64,000 nt of DNA from Armatimonadota bacterium (GCA_018268255.1 JAFDWX010000008.1:27269-91268), one strand, 5' to 3'; positions 1 to 8,450 are shown, counted from the stretch's first letter. Numbers and translations: made by a program. Notes: generated by a model not told the origin, from the sequence alone.

Positions 1-1472
1 ATTACCGCGTAAGACGGTTTCTGCGCGAGGCCAAAGTTGTTGCCGCAGTCTGTCACCCCAACGTGATGCAGATCTACGATATGGGGTTGGAACTCGGAGT
101 CCCGTACTTGGTTATGGAACTGGTTGAAGGGGCAAGCTTAGCAAGCACCATCAGCCAAAAGGGAACGTTCACCGTGCCTGAAGCAAGCCAGATCCTAGTA
201 CCGCTTCTAGAGGGACTCGCAGCGGCTCACGAACGAGGAATCGTTCACAGAGATCTTAAGCCCGCCAATATCCAAGTGCTGCCCAATGGATCTGCCAAGC
301 TGCTTGATTTTGGTGTCGCCTCCATGGTCGGTGCCTCCGCGCTCACAGAGGCAAATATGACGCTTGGCACCCCGTGCTATATGTCGCCTGAACAGCACGA
401 TGGTAAGGCGGATCGGCGCTCGGACCTCTATAGCCTTACGGTGATTACGTACGAAATGCTCAGTGGGTCTCTACCGTTTAAGGGCAGCACGCAGTGGGAA
501 ATTCTCGCTCAAATCGTACATAACAATCCTGATATTCCCACACACTTACCCGCGGCGGTCCAGGATTTCCTTCGAAAGGGGTTGGCCAGGGATCCCTGCG
601 AACGATTTCAAGATGCTGAGGAAATGCTGCTTACTCTCCAGAGTTTGGCAAAAAGTGGTCCACAATCCCACAAACCGCTCCCAGTTGCAGCTCCTGCACG
701 CCATGTGAACCTAGTCCATTCCCCGAATGCCATCATCCTTCCAACAAGCAATCTGGTCCCAGACCTTTTGCATAACGTCATTCCTTGGATTGGGAGATGG
801 AAAGAGTGCCTAATTTTCTTCTTGTTGGCACTCCTCATCCCGTTTCTACGACTGCCATTTGTGCTCATCTCCGCTGGATTTGCTGTGTACGAGTGGTTCC
901 GGTCTGGTAACAAGATTGCGATAGGTTCTTACGTGGTTCCGGCAACCGCAATGCTCCTTTTGTGGTTCGGGTCTAATGCCGTCCAAACACCGAGCCAGCA
1001 GATCTCGGCGCAAGGCGCGGAAACGCGTTCGAACAACGCGGAGACCTCACACCAGGTATCCAGTTCGCTCAATCGGGATCCAGGTGACCTTGACCCGGAC
1101 CACTCTGTAACAACTCGACAGGTACGGCAGACGGAGATTCAGGAGGCACGGGCCGGCATGATTCCAACTCCAACTGAAGGGCATGAAAAGGAGGCTACAT
1201 CTAAGAAGGTGGCACCCTCTCATACGAACTCCGCACAGCACGGTGCGGCGGAGAGAAAAGCGACGGCTGGCCACCGTTCGTCTCCGAAACCATCGCCAAA
1301 CTCACCTAACTCTGCAACACCGAACTCCTCACCCAAGCAACCCGAGAATCCCCACTCAGGCCGACATTCAGGCACACGCCTGGGCGAGGGCAGTTCCGAA
1401 CCCACCGACTCTGATCCAGATGTTGACCCCTCTGCAGGGCGACGTGGTGGCAGTCGGCTGGGAGGAACTTAA
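1..1472 (+). CDS. Ser/Thr protein kinase, 5'-partial (runs off the window start), with a C-terminal TM region and a Pro/Ser-rich disordered tail
   Basis: The reading frame is open from base 3 (YRVRRFLREAKVVAAVCHPNVMQIYD...). Kinase motifs HRDLKPANI, DFG and SPE are present. Hydrophobic segments follow the kinase domain, and the last ~150 aa are low complexity. Confidence 0.85.
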   Translation, partial: YRVRRFLREAKVVAAVCHPNVMQIYDMGLELGVPYLVMELVEGASLASTISQKGTFTVPEASQILVPLLEGLAAAHERGIVHRDLKPANIQVLPNGSAKLLDFGVASMVGASALTEANMTLGTPCYMSPEQHDGKADRRSDLYSLTVITYEMLSGSLPFKGSTQWEILAQIVHNNPDIPTHLPAAVQDFLRKGLARDPCERFQDAEEMLLTLQSLAKSGPQSHKPLPVAAPARHVNLVHSPNAIILPTSNLVPDLLHNVIPWIGRWKECLIFFLLALLIPFLRLPFVLISAGFAVYEWFRSGNKIAIGSYVVPATAMLLLWFGSNAVQTPSQQISAQGAETRSNNAETSHQVSSSLNRDPGDLDPDHSVTTRQVRQTEIQEARAGMIPTPTEGHEKEATSKKVAPSHTNSAQHGAAERKATAGHRSSPKPSPNSPNSATPNSSPKQPENPHSGRHSGTRLGEGSSEPTDSDPDVDPSAGRRGGSRLGGT

Positions 1473-1487
1473 GCCCTGGTAAAAGAT

Positions 1488-2285
1488 ATGAACAATACAA
1501 AATTCTCGACATTTCTGACTCTTTTAGCATTTTCAGTTTTAGCATCGGCGGGAATAGACAGTAAGGACGAAATTCGCCTTGTAGATCTGCAGGCCACGAG
1601 CTATACCGGTGGGTACACGATTAAGTCGCTCTCCATGGGTGGCAAAGCCTATGACTACGGTCTGTTTGTTCCCAATATGGGCGATTCCAAGATCACTTTC
1701 AGAATTCCCGAGAAGGTCGAATCCCTTAAATTTGACGTTGGTGTAAACGATCGCAGCAAACCCTATAAGGGGTCACCCAGTATTCGGGTTCTGGTGGATG
1801 GCGATGAGGTGACCTGTCCGTCTCTGCCTGGCGGGGAACTGGAGTACTCACAAAAGCCCGTACCGTGGACGATCAATCTCATTGGGAAGAAATCGATCCA
1901 GATTTGCCTTACTCATTCGGCGGGAATTGGCGAACCACGCTTCACCAAGGCCCCCAAAGTGACCCCTCAGCAAACTTCGCCAAATGTGGCTCGTTTGATA
2001 AGTCCATCAGACAAGGCGGTTGTTTCTGGCGATACGGCGCTTCTGCGGTGGGAACCAGTAGCAGAAGCTATCAGTTATGGGGTGACAATTACTTCGTTGA
2101 AGATGGCTGATCCCGTGACAGCTACGACACCTCGGATCTGGTGTGGAACCGTACTTGATACGAAGTTTAGCTTTAGTCTCAAAGATGTTCCAGCCGGTGA
2201 ATACCTTTGGTCTGTTGTGGCTTTTGGAGACAAGAAAGCACTGGGTGGGTATAGCGAGGAGAGAATTCTAGTGGTGGAGAAATAG
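1488..2285 (+). CDS. secreted protein with an NPCBM/NEW2-like carbohydrate-binding module and a C-terminal Ig/Fn3-like region
   Basis: There is an N-terminal signal peptide (MNNTKFSTFLTLLAFSVLASAG). The block YDYGLFVPNMGDSKITFRIPEKVESLKFDVGVNDRSKPYKGSPSIRVLVDGDEV fits the NPCBM pattern. It lies 16 nt after the kinase gene. Confidence 0.5.
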   Translation: MNNTKFSTFLTLLAFSVLASAGIDSKDEIRLVDLQATSYTGGYTIKSLSMGGKAYDYGLFVPNMGDSKITFRIPEKVESLKFDVGVNDRSKPYKGSPSIRVLVDGDEVTCPSLPGGELEYSQKPVPWTINLIGKKSIQICLTHSAGIGEPRFTKAPKVTPQQTSPNVARLISPSDKAVVSGDTALLRWEPVAEAISYGVTITSLKMADPVTATTPRIWCGTVLDTKFSFSLKDVPAGEYLWSVVAFGDKKALGGYSEERILVVEK

Positions 2286-2412
2286 CTCTGGGTTATGAGC
2301 AAGTGCTTCGCCGGATGAGTAGACCGGGAATATTCCGTTGCGACTCCGACTGGATGAGAATTCCACAATGCACAGCTTTTGGAACAACGCCTTTGGAACT
2401 ACCTACAAGTAA

Positions 2413-2661
2413 TTAGTCGTGTCTTTGGATTTTTGCTCCTCGCAGCTTATACGTATCTATCACTGGACCATTCTGTTGCTCAAGGCCCCGGACAAATTCA
2501 TCAAGCTGACGGGAAGTGATCCGGCGGGAACGGCCAATCAAAACGGTATTGATCTTCCCGAGGTCGATGAGGCGATACACATGGGCGCGGGAGAGGGAGA
2601 GAAGGTCAGAAGCCTCGCCGACCGTGTAGGCTATCTTTTCGTGCTGCAGGTAATCGCTCAC
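2413..2661 (-). CDS. excisionase-family/MerR-like helix-turn-helix DNA-binding protein
   Basis: An 82-aa protein with the HTH ASDLLSLSRAHVYRLIDLGKINTVLIGRSRRI, typical of the phage excisionase-type HTH domain. Confidence 0.6.
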   Translation of the reverse strand: MSDYLQHEKIAYTVGEASDLLSLSRAHVYRLIDLGKINTVLIGRSRRITSRQLDEFVRGLEQQNGPVIDTYKLRGAKIQRHD

Positions 2662-2801
2662 GACTCGATGTTCTCTCCTGGCGAGCGGTCATTCACAGTG
2701 GAGGCTCGATTGTTTAGGAAAGCCTAAAGAACGAGGCCTGAATCACTGGCTACGCTCTCTTCCAGGGCGATGCTGGGGGAGGTGGAGGATTCCTTAGTGG
2801 G

Positions 2802-3128
2802 ATGCTTCCCTTAATCGGTTCCCTGGCAGGGATGTTCGCCGGTGGCGGAACACGGCAAGCATCGAGTTGGAGTGCAACACGGTACGGGCCTGGCCGGGCG
2901 ATGGGTGGGCCTGTGTTCGCTGGTACGCCGTACCTTGTGGGTGAGCGTGGGCCAGAGCTGTTCTACCCGCGCCAAAGTGGCAGCATCTCAAATCGAGGTG
3001 CTGGATCGACAATCCACGTGTCGGTGACCATCAACGCTACGGATGCCCAGTCCTTTGTCCGTTCAGAGAGCCAAGTGGCTGCAAGCGTCTCGCGGGCAAT
3101 CTCCAAGGCAACTCAGCGCGGGGGGTAG
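2802..3128 (+). pseudogene. phage tail tape-measure-like C-terminal fragment (remnant)
   Basis: The motif GTPYLVGERGPELFYP resembles the VGErGPEl motif of phage tape-measure and minor tail proteins. It is only 108 aa with no N-terminal part, and it is orphaned from other tail genes. Confidence 0.35.
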
Positions 3129-3197
3129 AAAGCCAACGATGATTTGATCCATCCCTCTCGAACTTAGTCTATTATAAGGGCAACAGGGAATGAAAAG

Positions 3198-3692
3198 ATG
3201 AGTTTAGAACAGACTTTCCAGCGCCCAAATTATGAGCAAGTCGTGAAAAAGGCCCGGGATTTGCTCGAGGAATACTGCATAGAAGAGCCACCTGTCGATG
3301 TGTTTGCGTTGGCGGAAAGAGAGGGGCTGTCTGTAATTGAAGCCAAGTTCGAAGATGGCAGAATTGCCGGGCTGATAGATGTTCCCGAAGAGAGAGTCAT
3401 TGTAAACCAGGACGACGCGGCACCTCGCCAAGCGTTTACCGTAGCCCATGAGCTTGGCCATTGGGTGCTTCACCGTGCCAAACTCTTAGAATCTCCAGAA
3501 CTGTCCATACAATACCGTGCCGGTTATTTGGAACAGAATGAGGCCTGGGAGAAAGAAGCCAACGCCTTTGCTGCAGAGCTACTGGTTCCTAGAACCTGGC
3601 TACCGTCCTACGAGCACTTACCCATAGAGAAAATTGCCCAAATATTCGGGGTATCCAAGGAGGTCATAGGCTATCGCTTCACAAGAACCTAA
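3198..3692 (+). CDS. ImmA/IrrE-family (COG2856, DUF955) zinc metallopeptidase
   Basis: Canonical HEXXH (HELGHWVLH) plus the downstream EKEANAFAAELLVP motif. Confidence 0.8.
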   Translation: MSLEQTFQRPNYEQVVKKARDLLEEYCIEEPPVDVFALAEREGLSVIEAKFEDGRIAGLIDVPEERVIVNQDDAAPRQAFTVAHELGHWVLHRAKLLESPELSIQYRAGYLEQNEAWEKEANAFAAELLVPRTWLPSYEHLPIEKIAQIFGVSKEVIGYRFTRT

Positions 3693-3846
3693 TCCTGAAA
3701 CACGAAGGCCGAGCTTCCAGGAAATTCTTAGTTCCATTCGGCCTTCGACAACTACATCAACCACCCTAAAATCACGAGAACGCATTAAGACCTCCAAGCG
3801 GGCTCGAGAAGAAATAGAGAACGACGGCCTTGAGCAGTATTACTCA

Positions 3847-4074
3847 TTGCGCACTAGCTGGTCTACGTACATAAAAGTCGCCTTCACGGCTTCTCTTTTG
3901 TTCCAGGCCATCCTAATTGTTGTTGTCGGTTTTGGAGGAATGCCGTTCAAGAACCATGAAATTTTCTTGAACACAGTCGCTGCAGAGTTATTTCTTCAGA
4001 TTGCAGGAATGGTTGTGATCATCGTGAAGTGCTTATTCCCCACCGAAAAGGAGCGAAAGAAGATAGAGCCGTGA
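3847..4074 (+). CDS. small two-TM membrane protein (hypothetical)
   Basis: A 75-aa ORF with two hydrophobic helices and a basic C-terminus. It sits in a phage-like context, so it is possibly holin-like or Abi-like. Confidence 0.3.
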   Translation: MRTSWSTYIKVAFTASLLFQAILIVVVGFGGMPFKNHEIFLNTVAAELFLQIAGMVVIIVKCLFPTEKERKKIEP

Positions 4075-4122
4075 GGATATGCGGCAAAGTGACCTGCAAC
4101 GGTGTTGATTTTCCCGGACGTG

Positions 4123-5033
4123 AATCATTTTGATTCTGCGACGGCCCGAATCAGCTCGGAAACGGCCCATATTCGGTCTGTCAGTCCTGTTGCCATTGCC
4201 GGAGTCTTTGCGTTGCGGTACCATTTCTTTTTCGCCTCCTGGGTGAGCGTTTGGTGGGGGCGACAGAAATTGTAGTACATGGCGAACAGACTGAATGCCG
4301 CGATGTGCTTTTCAAGCTTTTTGTAGAATGCGTTCGTAAGGTGCGAGTGGCAACTGCGCCCCATGCGGAAGTTCAGGTTCCGGCGGTTTGCGTCACGCGT
4401 GCTGATATTGTCGTCTATGGAGTCTCTAATGACCGCTACGGTCATAGAAGAGGTGCAGGGAGCCGGGGAGTATTGCTTCTCTGCCGGCGATCCTTTTCTG
4501 AAGACCTTCTCGACTATGCTGGGGTCCACATTCTCTCCGAATGCCAACTTGACAGCTCCACGGCGGGGCCTAACTCCGTCCTTTGAAAGCTCGATGCGGT
4601 GTGTGAGCCGCGATTCAAGGTCGCCTAGAAATTCGCAGCAATCCCATTCTGAGCGCAGTCCGACGAGCCAGTTGATCATCAATCGGGAGTTGGCATCAAT
4701 AGCCATCCACGTCCATGCATCATCCTTACCCATAGCCATTTTGGCCTGTTTGGCTGGCTTGTCACTGCGACCCACAAAGGTCCAAATCCTGTCGCATTGA
4801 ACCACATGGGAGTTTAGGCCTCGCAGATGCTCGTCCTGATACACAGAACATGCGGTGCCGACCTCCATAAGGCTCTTCACCACCGTGTTTATCGCACAAC
4901 CGCAAAGCTGGGAAGATCTGCGAAGAGAATTCCCTTCGCAGAGCGAGCGGATAACCTGTACGCGGTCGGTGAATCTGAGCCTGTTCACGCGAATATTATG
5001 CCCAGTGTCAAGCATAACTAATCATTTTGATTA
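4123..5033 (-). mobile_element. IS1-like element remnant bounded by perfect 13-bp direct repeats (aatcattttgatt)
   Basis: Identical 13-mers at 4123-4135 and 5021-5033 bracket the transposase ORF. An AT-rich 60 bp follows on the right. No clear terminal inverted repeats are visible. Confidence 0.4.
4125..5015 (-). CDS. IS1-family DDE transposase (InsAB'-like fused ORF, N-terminal zinc finger missing)
   Basis: It has an InsA-like HTH (IRSLCEGNSLRRSSQLCGCAINTV), a DDE region (VVQCDRIWTFVG), the RRNLNFR motif and the C-terminal YNFCRPHQTL...TPAMATGLTDRIWAVSELI motif typical of the IS1 family. Confidence 0.65.
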   Translation of the reverse strand: MLDTGHNIRVNRLRFTDRVQVIRSLCEGNSLRRSSQLCGCAINTVVKSLMEVGTACSVYQDEHLRGLNSHVVQCDRIWTFVGRSDKPAKQAKMAMGKDDAWTWMAIDANSRLMINWLVGLRSEWDCCEFLGDLESRLTHRIELSKDGVRPRRGAVKLAFGENVDPSIVEKVFRKGSPAEKQYSPAPCTSSMTVAVIRDSIDDNISTRDANRRNLNFRMGRSCHSHLTNAFYKKLEKHIAAFSLFAMYYNFCRPHQTLTQEAKKKWYRNAKTPAMATGLTDRIWAVSELIRAVAESK

Positions 5034-5075
5034 AATATATTGAATCTATTTTTATGAATTGGTGGTATATATACC

Positions 5076-5798
5076 ATGAACATAATGAAAAACTTTGATT
5101 TCGAGGACATCTGGCCCCATCTCGAACCTGAGTTGCGAAGGCTCCACGTTGAACTGCAGAACGCTCTGGCGAATGCCAAAGAACTGGAGCGGACCCACCC
5201 CGAGCTGGCTTCCGATCCAATAACTTTTGCCGGTTGGGTTCGCGCGTACCTGGTTAAAGCTATGGGGATTCGAATTGACGACGATCCATTTGCACTCGAG
5301 CGGGGATTTAATTTAAGCATAACAATCAAGAGCCGGGCAGTGTCGCTTAGGGTCAACAAAGCACCAGTAGGCAAAATGCCAACGCCGTATAGCCCTGGGC
5401 AACTCAACTTTTACAACCAAGATTTGGGACAATATTCCTTCGAGTTGGATGGCACCATTCCCAGCCGAGAATTTGCCCCCAACTTCGTAGTCAAGTGGAG
5501 CCTTGACGATTCTCGAAATCTGTGTGAGCTTGAACTAGGTTATCCGAAGCCAACTGAGCGGAGTGTCCTGGAAAAGAATGTGCCGCAAGACTGGTATTGG
5601 ATCGAACCCGCCTTTGACCGGACAAAGCCAAGTTGGGCGCACCCGGACCTATTCAAGGAAGATGAGCCGGTAGACCTTCCGGGATTAACTCCCGCCGCGG
5701 AATGCGACATAGACGCTCCAAGCGAAGACTTGCCCAACGTCAAAGAACCAAAGCAGGATGATACGGGCGAAGATGAAACTGGAACGGACGCACAATGA
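5076..5798 (+). CDS. hypothetical protein with an acidic C-terminal tail; first gene of a two-gene module
   Basis: A 240-aa ORF with no recognisable motif. Its stop overlaps the next gene's start by 4 nt (ATGA). A 12-bp perfect palindrome lies immediately upstream. Confidence 0.5.
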   Translation: MNIMKNFDFEDIWPHLEPELRRLHVELQNALANAKELERTHPELASDPITFAGWVRAYLVKAMGIRIDDDPFALERGFNLSITIKSRAVSLRVNKAPVGKMPTPYSPGQLNFYNQDLGQYSFELDGTIPSREFAPNFVVKWSLDDSRNLCELELGYPKPTERSVLEKNVPQDWYWIEPAFDRTKPSWAHPDLFKEDEPVDLPGLTPAAECDIDAPSEDLPNVKEPKQDDTGEDETGTDAQ

Positions 5799-6862
5799 AT
5801 ATCCAGGGAGAGAAAATACGCTTAGTACGACTGGCACTTGGGTGGCCCCAACGTGACCTAGCGGATCAGCTTGGCATTCATCAGCCGCACCTGTCCGAGA
5901 TGGAGGCCGGAGCGCGGTCCGTGCCTGAGCATGTAGCGACATCTCTACAGTTTCTTACTGGATTTTCGTTCAATTACTTCACGCAACCGATCCGCGCTGA
6001 TGTGCCGTTGATGAGCAAGCTGCTCTTTAGAAGACCTAAAAACAAGTGGCGAAAATCCGACGGCGATCAAGCTTATTGTCAATTGGTATTTGACGCCTTT
6101 GAGCCGCTAACACAGAAGTTGGCACCGCGTGATTTGCTATTTCCAAGAGGCTTGAGACTCGGACCGAAACAGGCTGCCGCTTATCTTCGCAGCGTGCTTG
6201 TAGTTCGCCCCGATGGTCGCATTGAGAACCCTGTGTATCTGGCGGAAAGGGCTGGGGTTAGGGTTGTCGGCGTACACGGTACGCGCTTAAACCCCGAGCG
6301 CCAACCACACGTCAAAATATCCGAATACGAGCATGTAGAGATGTTTCACGCATTCTCATTCTGGTCAAATGGGCTGCCAGTGGTCTTCCTCCGCACTGAC
6401 ATCAATCCCGACCTCATGAACTGGGCACTCGTGCACGATCTTTTTCACCTGCTCATGCACAGTAACTACACCGGAGACCTTAAGAACGCGGAAATGGAGG
6501 CGCAGGAAGCAACAGAAGAGTTTTTTCTCCCAGAAGAGCCATTCAAGATGGGGTTCGCCGCTGGTAGGGCTAGCCTGGACCGAATAATGAATTTGGCACT
6601 GCATTGGAATGTATCTCCAATGTCAATCATATTACGAGCCGATAAGTTAGGGTTTATGCCAAGCAAAGGTTATTTTCTAAAGTGCATTAGAGATCAGAAA
6701 TTTGCGATCCAGCACACTAAGCCCAGGTTCTATCGCCAGATGTGCGAGGTGTTATTCGGAACACCCGTCGTTCCACGCACTGCAATCGCAATAGGAATGC
6801 CAAAAGCGTTCGTAAGAAATATCATGATTGCTCACTCTGGGGACGCGGCCAAACTTGATTAA
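5795..6862 (+). CDS. XRE-family HTH fused to an ImmA/IrrE-like (COG2856) peptidase domain with a variant HDxxH motif
   Basis: N-terminal HTH (IRLVRLALGWPQRDLADQLGIHQPHLSEME). The C-terminal domain has WALVHDLFHLLMH in the HEXXH position and EMEAQEATEEFFLPEEPF matching the E.EAN.FA..LLxP motif. Confidence 0.7.
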   Translation: MNIQGEKIRLVRLALGWPQRDLADQLGIHQPHLSEMEAGARSVPEHVATSLQFLTGFSFNYFTQPIRADVPLMSKLLFRRPKNKWRKSDGDQAYCQLVFDAFEPLTQKLAPRDLLFPRGLRLGPKQAAAYLRSVLVVRPDGRIENPVYLAERAGVRVVGVHGTRLNPERQPHVKISEYEHVEMFHAFSFWSNGLPVVFLRTDINPDLMNWALVHDLFHLLMHSNYTGDLKNAEMEAQEATEEFFLPEEPFKMGFAAGRASLDRIMNLALHWNVSPMSIILRADKLGFMPSKGYFLKCIRDQKFAIQHTKPRFYRQMCEVLFGTPVVPRTAIAIGMPKAFVRNIMIAHSGDAAKLD

Positions 6863-7092
6863 TCCCTTGACCATCGCTTGACGGCGGCTTCCTTGGCGAT
6901 CTCCGATCTCCGATCAGGCGTGAGCTTAGCGGCTCGCGCCTTTCCACCTTTAAGGCCCCCTTTTCGGCCCAGTCTTACGGCGGGGTTCGTTGCGGACTCA
7001 TCCTTGTGTGGAGCTTCGCCAAAGGCTTCCTGGAAGACTCTGAAGGCGATCTCAGCAAAATCTTGAGGTCCTTGGTGTTTCTTCGGCATCAC
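6859..7092 (-). CDS. small basic protein with a KGG...ARAAKLTPDRRSEIAKEAAVKRW motif (hypothetical, possibly nucleic-acid binding)
   Basis: A 77-aa ORF convergent with the XRE-ImmA gene and overlapping it by 4 nt. It has a Lys/Arg-rich conserved-looking C-terminus. Confidence 0.4.
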   Translation of the reverse strand: MMPKKHQGPQDFAEIAFRVFQEAFGEAPHKDESATNPAVRLGRKGGLKGGKARAAKLTPDRRSEIAKEAAVKRWSRD

Positions 7093-7388
7093 ACCATTAT
7101 AGAGGGCCGTGAGGGGTCAAGCACTCGGAATGTCTGCGATCCCAGTTATGGTACAGCTTTCCGGATCGGCCCCGGTTGAATCCCAATGCACATCAACTTC
7201 GGGATCTGAGACCATTCGTCGAATCGACCTTATGAATCCACTTTCATTTGCTTCACTCGGTCCCCTCTTTAAGTGTATTTGAACCTTCAACTCGCCTAAC
7301 TTCCCCAGCCCTATCTATATTGTAGCGGCAGGCAATTGCCATGATTTTCTGAAGGGCTGAGGCTCTTGCTTAACTCGTTCTTTGAGGC

Positions 7389-8077
7389 ATGGCATTTGTC
7401 GATATCCGCTTGCCGGAGTACATCGAACGAGAGTTTTCAGGTGGCCCTCGATGGTCCGTGACCGTCGTCGAAACCGGGAGCGGCAGAGAGCAGCGAAACC
7501 TGGAATCACCCGTTCCCCGAGCTCGATGGTCGGCAAAGCTACCGATTTCGGATGAGCAGGAGCGCCAGGAGATCCTCGCATTCTGGCTTAGCGTGCGAGG
7601 CCCTTGGAAGTCCTTCAGATTCCGTGATTGGATGGACTATTCAGCGGGCATGGCGTGGATCATCAACGGTTCTGGGGCTGAGGAGCTGGTGCACTCCGAT
7701 GGCGACGCCAATCCGATCTTGCCCGAGGTCTTCGGAGTCTCCGATGGCACGACGGTCACCAATTACCAGCTGACCAAAACCTGTGCATTCGGCTCGGAAT
7801 CCTTCGTCCGGAAGATCACGTTGCCCGTTGATGAGATCAGCATTTGGGTTGAAACATCGGTCGGTTCTGGCGTGTTCACGCAGCGAATGACCAATTACCT
7901 CGTGAATTACACCGATGGCACAGTCGTGTTCACGGCCAGCGCTCCAACGACAGGGAAAAAAATGCGTGGTCCGGGATGTTCGACGTGCCTGTCGCGTTCG
8001 AGAGTGGGGATCCCAGCTTTTCCACGGAAACCGAGACCCTCGGTGGATTTGACTTTTCCGTTCTCAAGGTCGCCTAA
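7389..8077 (+). pseudogene. DUF2460-family phage/GTA tail-associated protein, frameshifted at an A7 run
   Basis: The N-terminus MAFVDIRLPEYIEREFSGGPRWSVTVVETGSGREQRN... matches DUF2460 (RcGTA g12-like). The expected C-terminus MFDVPVAFESGDPSFSTETETLGGFDFSVLKVA* is encoded in the -1 frame from 7976 to 8077. The shift is at the A7 run at 7956-7962. Confidence 0.7.
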
Positions 8078-8229
8078 GTGGGTTCGCTCTTCCGGCGACT
8101 TACCGACGATCCTGTTCCCCTGCGACTCCTGAGTACTTTTACGCACCCACTTCTTGTGGAGTGCGTTTTCCAAATCTCGGCCCTTCGACCACAATTCGAA
8201 GCGTCATCGTGCCATACTGAAGGCTCTCC

Positions 8230-8304
8230 GGGCGGTTGGCACAGTGGTAGCGCGCCTCGTTCACACCGAGGAGGTCACAGGTTCAAATCCTGTACCGCCC
8301 ACCA
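8230..8304 (+). tRNA. tRNA-Val (anticodon CAC), CCA encoded
   Basis: Cloverleaf: acceptor gggcggt/accgccc, anticodon arm cctcg-ttCACac-cgagg, T-arm acagg-ttcaaat-cctgt, discriminator a, then cca. Confidence 0.85.
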
Positions 8305-8450
8305 ATTTTTTGCTTCCGTCAACCAAGAAGCAAGATGAGGCGTTGCCTGATCTTGACTCCCCGACCTCCCGTCAGTTTTGAATCCGTACATTAAGGGAGG
8401 TGACGGTCCGATGACCTACCCCGGGTGGTCTGACCGGGGTGGCGGGGTCA

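Noticed and set aside
2286-2412. A direct repeat of the tRNA-Val 3' end (attR) at the left edge of the accessory region.
   Set aside because: No copy of ggttcaaatcctgtaccgccca or of the anticodon-arm sequence was found there by eye. The island boundary on this side remains undefined.
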